A stretch of DNA of 64,000 bases from Candidatus Bathyarchaeum tardum (GCA_024650005.2 CP122380.1:256001-320000), one strand, 5' to 3'; shown: positions 1 through 10,700, counted from the first letter of the stretch. The notes: generated from the letters alone by a model not told the origin. Translations and numbers: made by a program.

Positions 1-2
1 GC

Positions 3-92
3 TGTGATTCTATTTGTCCGACTGGGGCTATGTCTCATCCGTCTGTGGAAGAAACTGAAAAGATAATTGAAGACTTACAAAAAAATGTCTAA
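3..92 (+). CDS. 3' end of a 4Fe-4S ferredoxin-type protein (truncated by window start)
   Basis: Frame reads CDSICPTGAMSHPSVEETEKIIEDLQKNV*; CxxxCP is the tail of a ferredoxin motif. Confidence 0.6.
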   Translation, partial: CDSICPTGAMSHPSVEETEKIIEDLQKNV

Positions 93-101
93 GTCTATCT
101 T

Positions 102-686
102 TTATGGGCTGATTCCGTACCACGAGAAAACTTTTGCAAATATTGGTATTATTGCTCCGCAGGCTGTACGGGTGAGTACTGTTAGCAAGAATCCGTCAAC
201 TCCTGTGACAACGTTGATAGGTGAAAGGTGAAAGATTCCAAAAAGCATGATTCCTCCGATTGTTGTCGAAACTATTCCGGAGATTAGCATTCTGCGGAAG
301 TTGTCTGATTTTTTGTTCATGCTTCCTGCCATGTAACCAATTAATATTGGACTAAGGACGTATCCCAACAAGACGGTATTTGCTCCAAAGCCTGCACCTG
401 GAAATCTGTAACTGTCTGCCCAGTACAGCGCATAGAGGCTTCCCATGATAAACCCTGAAGCGCCTCCTGCCCATTGGTTCCAGACTAATCCAAGGAGTAA
501 CGGGATTACTGTAATGAGCAACAGTTCTTCCAGTTGCATGGTGATTCCAGTTATTACTCCGAATCCTCCGTCACCAATTAGGTTGTCCAATTGGGATACT
601 AGTACGATTAACAAAATAACAACGACTGGTGCAACTATGCCGTAAAGAATGTCGTTTTTGGTCCATTGCTTCCATCCAAGGCTCAA
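102..686 (-). CDS. Integral membrane protein, possibly ECF S-component-like
   Basis: 194 aa with about 6 hydrophobic Gly-rich helices; co-oriented directly downstream of cobT. Confidence 0.6.
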   Translation of the reverse strand: MSLGWKQWTKNDILYGIVAPVVVILLIVLVSQLDNLIGDGGFGVITGITMQLEELLLITVIPLLLGLVWNQWAGGASGFIMGSLYALYWADSYRFPGAGFGANTVLLGYVLSPILIGYMAGSMNKKSDNFRRMLISGIVSTTIGGIMLFGIFHLSPINVVTGVDGFLLTVLTRTACGAIIPIFAKVFSWYGISP

Positions 687-739
687 AGTTTTTCACCTGA
701 ATGGCACAACAGTCTGTTTATATTAGAATTTAAATTTTG

Positions 740-1828
740 TTATATACCAACTAGGGTCTTGTAGTTTTTTTCAATTTCCTTGAGCAAAACATCTTTAGTT
801 ATAGTTCCATTGGACTGCAACATTGCTGCAATTGAGCTTCCTCCGCATCCAACGCCTTCTTTTACTACACCTTTTTCGTAAGCCTGCAGTCCCTCAAACT
901 TTGATTTGCCAAAATCCAAGTCTGCAGCTAAAACTGGAACATCTGCAATCTTAGAAACTAGGCCATTAAGGTCTGAAGTTTTGTCGTTTACTATCCATTT
1001 TGTTGTCCCAATGGCAACATTACCTAAAATTTCAGGGTTTGCAGCATTAACGATTGCTAGCACTGCTGCCATCTGGGTTCCCCCTGCCATGATAACGGGC
1101 ACTTTTTTTGCTGCTCCAATAATTAGTCCTGCGGCGGCTGGTTGCATGGGGTCACCTACTGCGGAAACTGCACCCATAGGGTCGTTACTGTATTTTCCCT
1201 CGGTTATGTTTGCTGCTTGCAGGGCTGTTTGGGCAGTTTTAATTTTTAGCTCGTGAGGATTCAAGGGCATACTACTGCTGACTTTGCCTTTTGCATCTAT
1301 CCCAAGGGCTAATAATGCGCTCAGGGCTGTAGTGGTTCCACCGGGAATGCTTTCCCCTACAACAAGGTAATCGACTGTTTTGGACAATGTTTCTCCAACA
1401 ATTTTTGCTCTTTCCATTACCTCTTTAGGGTTTTCTACAGCTTTGCCCGTTCGTATATCTTTTCCAGGACAGCCTCCAACATCTAAAAAGGGAACATGGG
1501 GCTTTATTTTTAATCCCGCATTAACCACAAGGGTAGGTATGTCTGCCAGTTTCAAAGCCGACATAGTAATCAACGCCGGAGTCGGAATACCATCTGGAGT
1601 CACAGGAACTCCAGTAATGCACTTACATCTGCCAAAATACAAAAGCTCCATGTCCGCGGGCGGGGTATAATCAGTAATTTCTGGGTTTGCCCCAGCAGCA
1701 GAGATTCCTTGAATCTTTGCTGTTTCAGTTACTCCAACAACACAACTAAAAAACGGGTTTTTGCCCTTTAGTTGCTCAATCATTTCTGCGCCTTTGGTTT
1801 TATTGTTTGCCAAAATAATATCATGCAT
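740..1828 (-). CDS. cobT: Archaeal nicotinate-mononucleotide:lower-base phosphoribosyltransferase
   Basis: GISAAG, TPPAD, GIPTPA, GESIPGGTTTA, AGGTQM and VKEGVG motifs; start moved to ATG 1828 (MHDIILA). Confidence 0.9.
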   Translation of the reverse strand: MHDIILANNKTKGAEMIEQLKGKNPFFSCVVGVTETAKIQGISAAGANPEITDYTPPADMELLYFGRCKCITGVPVTPDGIPTPALITMSALKLADIPTLVVNAGLKIKPHVPFLDVGGCPGKDIRTGKAVENPKEVMERAKIVGETLSKTVDYLVVGESIPGGTTTALSALLALGIDAKGKVSSSMPLNPHELKIKTAQTALQAANITEGKYSNDPMGAVSAVGDPMQPAAAGLIIGAAKKVPVIMAGGTQMAAVLAIVNAANPEILGNVAIGTTKWIVNDKTSDLNGLVSKIADVPVLAADLDFGKSKFEGLQAYEKGVVKEGVGCGGSSIAAMLQSNGTITKDVLLKEIEKNYKTLVGI

Positions 1829-1948
1829 GTTTCTTTTCCGCCAATTTTTTGTACTTTTGTGGTTTCTGGTTGGAGTAACCAACCGATACTTTAAATCTGT
1901 TACTGAAAATAATTCAAGATACAAACAATAATTTCAGGTGCCCAAAAG

Positions 1949-2449
1949 ATGGAAACAAAATTTGACAACTTGCCCTTACTCAAATACTTAGAAAACCACG
2001 GAGTAACCCTTAAAGACCTACTAGACACCGCCCTAGAAATGCACATTCCCCACCCGGGAATAGAAACCCGCGAACAAGCCAAAGAATTATTTAAGGCAGG
2101 ATTTTACGAAGCCTTAACCGACGTTAACGTAGCAGTTTTACAAGTTGCATGTTTCCGCGCAGAAGAAGACGGGCAAAACGGTTTGATTCCCCTTCTTCCT
2201 GCAGAACAATTCAAAGGTCGCCCCGGACTAATAGTTGACGAGTACCTGGGAATGACCATCGCAAACTACATTGCAGGTGCCCGAGCAATTTTTGAGTACA
2301 TACGTTACGACCAAGCTAAACCCGGAATATTAAGAAAACTTGGTCCTATAGCAAATGACGCCATCAGTGGACTGATTGCTGGAGTATCTAGTCGAGTTTA
2401 TTCTGGTGCTTTAGAAAAACAAAAACTGGTGGAATCAGAAAAAAAGTAA
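1949..2449 (+). CDS. cobZ: Alpha-ribazole phosphatase CobZ / PgpA-like protein
   Basis: DVNV, DEYLG, IANYIAG, FEYIRYD-KPGIL-LGP motifs; divergent from cobT. Confidence 0.8.
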   Translation: METKFDNLPLLKYLENHGVTLKDLLDTALEMHIPHPGIETREQAKELFKAGFYEALTDVNVAVLQVACFRAEEDGQNGLIPLLPAEQFKGRPGLIVDEYLGMTIANYIAGARAIFEYIRYDQAKPGILRKLGPIANDAISGLIAGVSSRVYSGALEKQKLVESEKK

Positions 2450-2487
2450 CCCCATTTTTGGGCTTAAAAAAATCGGGCAACGAAGGG

Positions 2488-3011
2488 TTAGTCTTCGATG
2501 TTGATTATGATGTTTGCGATTGCCGTTTGACCTGCTTGGTTTGTTAGTTCGTAGGCTGCGGTTATGTAGATTCTAAGTCCTTCTTTGTTGGTTACTTCTG
2601 CCTGCAATGTCTTGATGTTTATGGTTTCTCCGGCACACATGTATCCACTTGCCATCAGTTCTTCACGGGTTAATACTTCGTTGTTTACTGTCCACTCATC
2701 AGGTAAATGAACCCTGATTTGGTCTGTTGCGGTGTTACTGACCAGTTTGTTGATAATGCAACGATTGTGCCTTGAACTTGAACAGGTTCAGAGTTTTGCA
2801 AGAACCACGCAGCAAACCTTGCTTTGGGACGTATCCACCAGCGGTTAGTGTTGGTTTCTTCAATTTCCATTTCGGTTGGGTCGTCACCTAAGCTTATGGT
2901 ACTTGGTTGGCTCGCCTGAGCAAAAGGAGCAACAAGCACCAAACACGCAAAAACTGATGCTACAACTAACATCAGAGCCTTAGTTTTTGTTTTCATGTTC
3001 ATTTTCTCCAC
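2488..3011 (-). pseudogene. Secreted hypothetical protein with a frameshift near 2750
   Basis: Signal-peptide ORF 2685-3011 continues in another frame (NKLVSNTATDQIRVHLPDEW...IIINIED*) to TAA at 2488. Confidence 0.6.
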
Positions 3012-3201
3012 ATATGTTTACAAACCCACTTCAACTCAAACAGAATAAAAGGCGACGCACCATCCATATACACCAAAAATGAACCTAAAACAAACATTTC
3101 CAATGCTAGTCAAGAAACTTTGACAAAACCCTCTTTACCAAAAATCATTTCAGGTTTTTGTAGATAATCTAGGCAAATCAAACCCTCGTATAATGATTTT
3201 T

Positions 3202-3246
3202 CATTTGTTGTTGTTGACCCCCCCTACCCCCCAACAACAACAAATG
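3202..3246. repeat. Perfect 15-bp inverted repeat with C-rich 15-nt loop
   Basis: CATTTGTTGTTGTTG (3202-3216) / CAACAACAACAAATG (3232-3246) around ACCCCCCCTACCCCC. Confidence 0.85.
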
Positions 3247-3364
3247 CTTCCACATAAAAATTGGAAAGCATATTTTGAACAACTTCATACCCGTGAGGAA
3301 AACAACCTTTTTTTCTGTACCTGCACACAACTAAGTCTAAAGGTTTACACGAACGTTCTGTTTG

Positions 3365-3716
3365 CTATTGTTTGTCATCTTTTAATTCTTCGTTTAGGAT
3401 TTTTTCTTCTATATGCCTGAGGAGTCCGATTCTGCGTTCCCATTTTCTGAAGAACTTGTGCTGGGCAAGCAAAGCCGAAACCGTGTAAACCAACGCCGCA
3501 ACTACGGCAAGCATGAATATACCTTCAAACCATGCTCGGTCCCGCAAAGCTCCAAGCAAACGAGTTAGCGAGAACAACAACAAAATCCCTGAAACAATAA
3601 CTCCAATAAGGGAGCCTGTTCGGAACCTGTCCCATTCACTGTTTAGTTTCATCTAAGAAATCGTGCATCGTTCGTACCGGATACTTGGGTTCTTGTTTGT
3701 CTTGGTCTTTACTCAT
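3365..3716 (-). pseudogene. Small 2-TM membrane protein, probably frameshifted near 3650
   Basis: MSKDQDKQEPKYPVRTMHDFLDE from ATG 3716 joins LNSEWDRFRT... if one A of GAAA is removed; otherwise the ORF is 3365-3652. Confidence 0.5.
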
Positions 3717-3785
3717 TTTTTATGTTCTCCTTTTGTTTTTTCTGTACTAAATATTAATGCTGATGCACCAAAGGTGCACTTTGAA

Positions 3786-4043
3786 CTATAAAATTGAAGG
3801 CAGTGATTTACGTAACTCAACATAGATGTTTCTTCCTTTTTTGGTTAACAAACACTGGTTATCCTCTGTTTCCTGTACCAGAGTTTTCTCTTTTAAGTAC
3901 AGCAGGTGCTTCAAAAAATCGTCATACGACAGACTGGTTGCCTTACGCTAAACATATGTGCGGGGCTAGGGGTCACGGTTATAAAATAGGTACTCTAAAA
4001 TCTCAAACCTGATTTGAATAGCACCTTTCCGTACTCTAACCAT
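3786..4043 (-). pseudogene. Winged-helix transcription regulator with two in-frame TAG codons
   Basis: MVRVRKGAIQIRFEILEYLFYNRDP*PRTYV*RKATSLSYDDFLKHLLYLKEKTLV...LTKKGRNIYVELRKSLPSIL*; LSY..F..HL..L and LT.KG are archaeal wHTH features. Confidence 0.7.
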
Positions 4044-4427
4044 ACGCTGCACCGAATAATAGACGATAATACAATTACATGAACAAGAAACGTATATATT
4101 GGTTACATCCCAGCCTAGTTTGATTGTTACAGTGGAAAAACCCGTATGTGTTGAAAAACCATTGACTAACAAAAATTCTTGTTTCATAAGCTTTAGCGCC
4201 AAAAAGTTAATATGTTACGATTTTTGGATGGCAAAACTTATTAATGGGCAGGTTGGTTTACGTTGATAGCCTTCAAAAGTAAATTTGAAGCTTAATTAAG
4301 GAGACCAAGCTTTTAGGGTGGATGAGCTCCCGCCCGACGGAGGAAAACTCCCAATTTGATGAAAATAGAGATGAACCCCTCAAATTTCCCTTTTCTGTAC
4401 AACCTATTAGGGAGGACTTAGAAAAAT

Positions 4428-7400
4428 TTGGTAATTTCACAAGATGATATTCTTACTCTTCAGAAATCTTTCTTTAAACAGAAAGGATTAGTTAGACAAC
4501 ACCTAGACTCCTATAACAAATTCATCGACACTGGACTTCAAGAAGTCATCGATGAAACAGGAGAAATCAAAATTGAAATCCCAGAAATGCCCTACAAAAT
4601 CAAACTCGGTCAACTCTGGGTAATTGACCCTCAATCAAAAATCAGTAGACCCTACAAGACTGAAGTTGATGGAACAAAACACGAAATTTTCCCCATGGAA
4701 GCCCGATTCCGAAACTTAACCTACGCGGCACCCCTTGCCCTTGAGATGACCCCCGTCATAGACGGACGGGAACAAGAACCGGAACTTGTTTTGATCGGCG
4801 ACCTTCCTGTTATGCTTAAATCTAAACTTTGCATACTATCACAATTAACTGACGAAGAGCTGATAGAGTATGGAGAAGACCCCCACGACCCTGGAGGTTA
4901 CTTCCTCATTAACGGCTCAGAACGAGTAGTCGTCGCCATGGAAGACCTAGCCCCAAACCGTGTGCTCGTAGACATCGACAACCGCGGAACAAAACCGGTT
5001 TATCAAGCTAAAATCTTCTCCACAACTGTAGGTTTCCGCGCAAGAATCCAACTTAGACTGAAATCTGACAATTCATTATCTGTTTCCATACCCGGAGTTC
5101 CAACCGAAGCCCCCTTCGTAATTTTGATGCGTGCCCTTGGAATCGAATCAGACAAAGAAATCGCAGAAACAGTTTCTCCAAACCCAATAATCCAAAACGA
5201 ACTTGAAGCCTCCTTCGAGAAAGCCGCAGGTTTTGACACCGTAGAAGACGCCCTGATGTATATTGGAAACCGTGTTGCCCATGGTCAAGTCGAAGAATAC
5301 CGAAAACAAAAAGCCCGAAGCATAATCGACAGAAACTTCTTGCCTCACATCGGTCGAATCCAAGATAACCGTTTAGAAAAAGCTTTGTTCCTTGGCGAAA
5401 TGGCAAGCCGAGTTATCGAACTTAAATTAGGACTTAGACAACAAGATGACAAAGACCACTTCAAAAACAAACGCCTTAAACTTGCAGGTCCTCTGTTGGC
5501 TGACTTGTTCAGAATTGCTTTCAGAAACTTGTGCCGGGACATAAAATATCAATTAGAACGCATGGGTGTCAAACGACAACTTATCACAATTTCTGCTGCT
5601 GTTCGTCCAGGTATAGTAACTGACAGACATAGACACGCCATAGCCACTGGAAACTGGGGAAGAGGACGTGTCGGTATTACTCAACTTCTTGACCGAACAA
5701 ACACCGTTTCCACTTTGAGTCACCTTCGACGGTTACAGTCCCCTCTTAGTCGCAGCCAACCAAACTTCGAGGCTCGTGACCTTCACCCAACCCACTGGGG
5801 ACGGCTCTGTCCAAATGAAACTCCCGAAGGCTCAAATTGTGGTCTGGTAAAGAACCTCTCCTTAGCTGCTTCTACTTCTATTATGGTTGACCCGAACACT
5901 GTTCGACAAGTTTTGTATCAATTGGATGTAATTCCAGTTGATGAAACAGACATCGACATCCGAAGCTCAAGCGCTAAAGTCTTCGTTAACGGCTCAATCA
6001 TGGGTTATTGTGCTACCCCCAAAGAATTAGTTGACCAAATACGCAAAAAACGCAGAAATGGAGTACTTTCCACAGAAATTAATGTTGCTTACTTCTCCCA
6101 CGAAGCAAGAGACAGCGAAGAAGTATACATAAGCTGCGACCAAGGTCGTGTTCGACGTCCACTTATTCTTCTAGAAAACGCTGTGCCCAAATTAACTTCT
6201 GAGCATGTTGAAAAAGTCCGTTCTGGTGAATGGACTTGGTCAGACCTTATCAAAGAAGGAATCTTAGAATACATTGACGCTGAAGAAGAAGAAAACATCT
6301 ACGTCGCAATCGACCATAACCACATCACTCCTGAGCACACTCATGTAGAACTTTCCACTTACACAATTCTGGGAATTTGTGCCTCTATCATACCTTATCC
6401 TGAACACAATCAGTCACCACGAAACTCTTACGAAGCAGCAATGTCCAAACAAGCCTTGGGAATCAACTTAACAAACTTCCCCAACCGTGTTGACTCTCGA
6501 TGCCACATTTTGCACTACCCTCAAACTCCTTTGATTAAAACCAAACCAATGGAAATCATTGGATACGACCAAAGACCTTCTGGACAAAACTGTATAGTTG
6601 CAGTTCTATCCTTTGAAGGCTACAACATGGAAGATGCTATCATATTCAACAAAGCTTCCATTGAACGTGGTTTGTTGCGCTCAACTTTCTATCGTATCTA
6701 CGAAGCAGAATGCCGCCAATACCTCGGCGGACTCAGGGACCGATTTCTAGTTCCTGAACCCGGAATCCGCGGATACCGTGGAGAACAATATTACCGTTTT
6801 CTTGAACCTGACGGTATCGTTAGCCTTGAATCTGAAGTAACTGGAGGAGATGTACTCATCGGACGAACCAGCCCTCCAAGATTCCTTGAAGAATACAAAG
6901 AATTTGAAGTCAAAGGTCCAACAATGCGTGACACTTCAGTTGACGTGCGCTCTTCTGAAGGCGGTGTAGTTGATGACATATTCATCACAGAAACTGGAGA
7001 AGGCAGCAAAATCGTCAAAGTCCGAGTTCGAGACCAACGCATTCCCGAATTAGGAGACAAATTTGCATCCCGTCACGGACAGAAAGGTGTTGTCGGAATG
7101 ATAGTTCCACAAGAGGACATGCCCTTCTCACCAAAAGGAATCGTTCCAGACCTCATCGTTAACCCCCACGCCATGCCATCAAGGATGACCGTTGGTCAGT
7201 TCCTTGAATCAATCGCAGGAAAAGTTGCCTCTGGACGAGGAAAACCTGTTGACGGAACCCCATTCAGCAATGAAGGATCCGAACAACTCAAACAAGAGTT
7301 AGTTAAACTTGGTTTCAGTAACACTGGACGAGAAATACTCTACAGCGGCATTACTGGAGAAAAATACGTAGCTGACATCTTTATGGGCGTAGTTTACTAT

Positions 7401-7790
7401 CAGAAACTTCATCACATGGTTTCAGACAAAATGCACGCAAGGGCTCGCGGACAAGTCCAGATGCTTACCCGTCAGCCAACTGAAGGTCGTGCCCGTGGTG
7501 GTGGTCTGCGTTTCGGAGAAATGGAACGAGACTGCTTGATTGGTCACGGTGCTGCCATGGTTCTAAGGGACCGCCTGTTGGAAGAATCTGACAAATATCT
7601 GCTGTATGTGTGTGAAAACTGTGGATTCATTTCCTATTATGACATCAAACTGCGCAAATACACTTGCAGAATCTGTGAAGAAAAAGGTCAGGTATCCCCA
7701 GTAGTAGTGTCTTACGCTTTCAAGTTGTTGTTGCAGGAAATGATGAGCCTGTGTATTACTCCGAGATTAAAACTAAAGGAGCGAGCATAA
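4428..7790 (+). CDS. rpoB: DNA-directed RNA polymerase subunit B (unsplit Rpo2)
   Basis: GYFLINGSERV, ETPEG, GYNMEDA, GDKFASRHGQKG, GGLRFGEMERD, C-terminal Zn finger. Confidence 0.99.
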   Translation: MVISQDDILTLQKSFFKQKGLVRQHLDSYNKFIDTGLQEVIDETGEIKIEIPEMPYKIKLGQLWVIDPQSKISRPYKTEVDGTKHEIFPMEARFRNLTYAAPLALEMTPVIDGREQEPELVLIGDLPVMLKSKLCILSQLTDEELIEYGEDPHDPGGYFLINGSERVVVAMEDLAPNRVLVDIDNRGTKPVYQAKIFSTTVGFRARIQLRLKSDNSLSVSIPGVPTEAPFVILMRALGIESDKEIAETVSPNPIIQNELEASFEKAAGFDTVEDALMYIGNRVAHGQVEEYRKQKARSIIDRNFLPHIGRIQDNRLEKALFLGEMASRVIELKLGLRQQDDKDHFKNKRLKLAGPLLADLFRIAFRNLCRDIKYQLERMGVKRQLITISAAVRPGIVTDRHRHAIATGNWGRGRVGITQLLDRTNTVSTLSHLRRLQSPLSRSQPNFEARDLHPTHWGRLCPNETPEGSNCGLVKNLSLAASTSIMVDPNTVRQVLYQLDVIPVDETDIDIRSSSAKVFVNGSIMGYCATPKELVDQIRKKRRNGVLSTEINVAYFSHEARDSEEVYISCDQGRVRRPLILLENAVPKLTSEHVEKVRSGEWTWSDLIKEGILEYIDAEEEENIYVAIDHNHITPEHTHVELSTYTILGICASIIPYPEHNQSPRNSYEAAMSKQALGINLTNFPNRVDSRCHILHYPQTPLIKTKPMEIIGYDQRPSGQNCIVAVLSFEGYNMEDAIIFNKASIERGLLRSTFYRIYEAECRQYLGGLRDRFLVPEPGIRGYRGEQYYRFLEPDGIVSLESEVTGGDVLIGRTSPPRFLEEYKEFEVKGPTMRDTSVDVRSSEGGVVDDIFITETGEGSKIVKVRVRDQRIPELGDKFASRHGQKGVVGMIVPQEDMPFSPKGIVPDLIVNPHAMPSRMTVGQFLESIAGKVASGRGKPVDGTPFSNEGSEQLKQELVKLGFSNTGREILYSGITGEKYVADIFMGVVYYQKLHHMVSDKMHARARGQVQMLTRQPTEGRARGGGLRFGEMERDCLIGHGAAMVLRDRLLEESDKYLLYVCENCGFISYYDIKLRKYTCRICEEKGQVSPVVVSYAFKLLLQEMMSLCITPRLKLKERA

Positions 7791-7791
7791 C

Positions 7792-10700
7792 ATGTCAGAT
7801 GATATAATTCATAAAATTATAGACGAACTTTACTTTGGGCTGTTTTCCCCCCAAGACATCCGAAGACAATCCGTTGCAGAAATCCAAACAGCAGACACTT
7901 ACGACGAAGACGGCGCCCCAATTACTTCTGGACTTATGGACGGAAGATTAGGAACCCTAGAACCCCGACAACGATGCAAAACCTGTGGAAACACTGCAAT
8001 ACGCTGTCCAGGACACTTTGGTCACATCGAATTAGCTGTTCCAATTATTCACATTGAATTTACAAAAATTATTCACAATTTGCTCCAAACTACCTGTAGA
8101 AACTGCGGGCGTGTTCTACTTACTGAAAGTCGTGTTGCTTCAGTAAGAGCTCAAATCCAAGAACAAATCGACTTGTTGGGAGAAGTTCCCCCGGACTTTT
8201 ATAAATTAATAACAAAAGAAGCGAAAAAGAAAGAATGTCCATACTGTGGTGCCCAGCAATCAAAAATTGATTTTGCTAAACCTACCACTTTTTATGAAGT
8301 ACTTGAAGAAGAAGGCGCTCAACGATTAACACAAAGCATGATACGAGAACGACTTGAACGCGTACCCGACGACGATTTAGAATTGTTCGGTTTCACCCCT
8401 GCTACTGCCCGTCCAGAGTGGATGATTCTCCAAGTTCTGCCAGTACCTCCAGTATATGTTAGACCTTCTATTACTTTAGAATCAGGAATTCGTTCAGAAG
8501 ACGACCTAACGCACAAACTTGTTGACATTATCAGAATCAATCAGCGTCTGCGAGAAAACATGGAAGCTGGTGCCCCTACTCTCATTATTCAAGACCTTTC
8601 TGAATTGCTTCAGTATCACTGTACCACTTACTTTAATAACGAAGCATCAGGAATTCCTCCTGCACGTCACCGTTCAGGAAGAGCTCTCAAGACCATTTCT
8701 CAGCGTCTGAAAGGAAAAGAAGGTCGATTCCGAAGCAACCTGTCTGGAAAACGTGTAGACTTTTCTGCTCGTACAGTTGTTTCTCCTGATCCAAACCTTG
8801 ACATCAACGAAGTTGGTGTTCCTCAAGAAATTGCTATGCGTTTGTCTATGCCTGAAAAGGTTACTGTTTGGAACATCGAAGAAATGCGCAAACTGATTAT
8901 CAATGGTCCAGAAAACTTCCCAGGTGCCCTTTATGTCGTGCGACCTGATGGAAAACGTGTCAGACTAGAATTTGTTATTGAACGTGACAAGGTTGCAGAA
9001 TCTTTGGAAACTGGCTTCATTGTAGAACGACATCTAATGAATGGAGACATTGCAATCTTCAATCGTCAGCCTTCACTTCACCGGATGTCAATTATGGCAC
9101 ATTATGTGCGGGTTTTGCCCCATAAGACCTTCAGGTTGCACCTATGTGTTTGTCCTCCCTACAACGCGGACTTTGACGGCGACGAAATGAACCTGCACGT
9201 TCCCCAGGGTGAAGAAGCTCAAACAGAAGCTCGTATGCTGATGCAGGTACAAGACCAGATTCTATCTCCAAGATTTGGTGGACCAATCATTGGAGCTATC
9301 CGAGACTTTATCACTGCATCTTACTTGTTCACTCGAAAAGCAAGTTACTTAACAAAAGCTGAAGTCTGCAGATTGCTTGTAGCTTCTGGTTTTGACGGTG
9401 AATTACCTGAACCCGAAATCAAAGAACCCCAACCCATGTGGAGTGGGAAACAAATCTTTAGTTTGTATCTTCCAAAAGACTTGAATTATGTTCTAAAGTC
9501 GACAATCTGCCGAAACTGTAAAACTTGTTTAGGCGAAGACTGTGAAAACGACGCCTATGTGGTTGTTAAGAACGGAGTTCTCAAAAGCGGCCTTATCGAC
9601 AGACGATCAATTGGAGCTGAACAATCAGACAGTTTGCTTCACCGAATAATCAAAGATTATGGCTCTGAAGCTGGACGAAAATTCCTTAATGACATTTGTC
9701 AACTTTTGAAAGTCTTCATTGGCATGCGTGGATTCACTTACTCCTATGACGAACTTGAACTTTCAGACGCTGCAAGAAAGAAAATCCGAAGAAACATGAA
9801 CATAATCGAAAAACGCATTGAAAAACTCATCACTGACTACCGTGCTGGAACTCTACCGCGTCTTCCTGGTCAGACTCTTAACGAATCTTTTGAAATCTAC
9901 GTTATGAATGAACTCGCCGAAGCCCGAGACAAAGCAGGCAAAGTCGCAGACGAAGACTTCGAACTAGAAAACTCTGGAATCATCATGACTCGCACTGGAG
10001 CCCGTGGCTCTAACCTTAACATCGGTCAAATGACTGCTTGTGTTGGTCAACAGGCTGTACGAGGAAAACGTATCATGCGAGGTTACGTGAACCGAGCGTT
10101 GTCTCACTTCAAAGAAGGTGACCCAACTCCCCGCGCACGAGGATTCGTTTACAACTCATACCAAACTGGATTGGATCCCATTGAATACTTCTTCCACGCC
10201 ATGGGTGGTAGGGAAGGTCTAGTAGACACGGCAGTCCGTACCCAGCAAAGTGGTTACATGCAGAGACGTCTGATTAACGCTCTTGAGCAATTGCGAGTTG
10301 AATACGACGGCACTGTCAGAAACTCCATTGGTGATGTTATTCAGATTACCTATGGTGAAGACGGTGTTGACCCTGCAAAGAGTGACCACGGTCTTGCTGT
10401 AAACGTTAGCCGAATAATCGACCAAGTCGGAATCATGGTGGACAAAGAAACTCCTGCCAGTAAAGATTACGTAATGGAACGACTCAGTGAAGTTGAGGAT
10501 CGACTAACTCCTCTTCTGGTATCTGAGCTTAAAAACGAACTTAAACGAGCAAAATTCGGCAAAACAGGTGTAGACAAAGCCATTAGTTTAACCTTAGAAA
10601 ACTACAAACGTGCATTGGTTGAACCCGGAGAAGCTGTGGGTATTGTTGCTGCCCAGTCTATTGGAGAACCTGGTACCCAGATGACTCTACGTACTTTCCA

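Noticed and set aside
3948-3968. Genome-wide TAG reassignment to pyrrolysine
   Set aside because: nusA, hypB, hypD, hypF, hdrC and hdrB all end in TAG at expected lengths; no pyl genes in the window
4126-4138. ORB-like GTTACAGTGGAAA suggesting a replication origin
   Set aside because: Single imperfect copy, no cdc6/orc1 nearby, and the adjacent DNA is explained by a wHTH pseudogene
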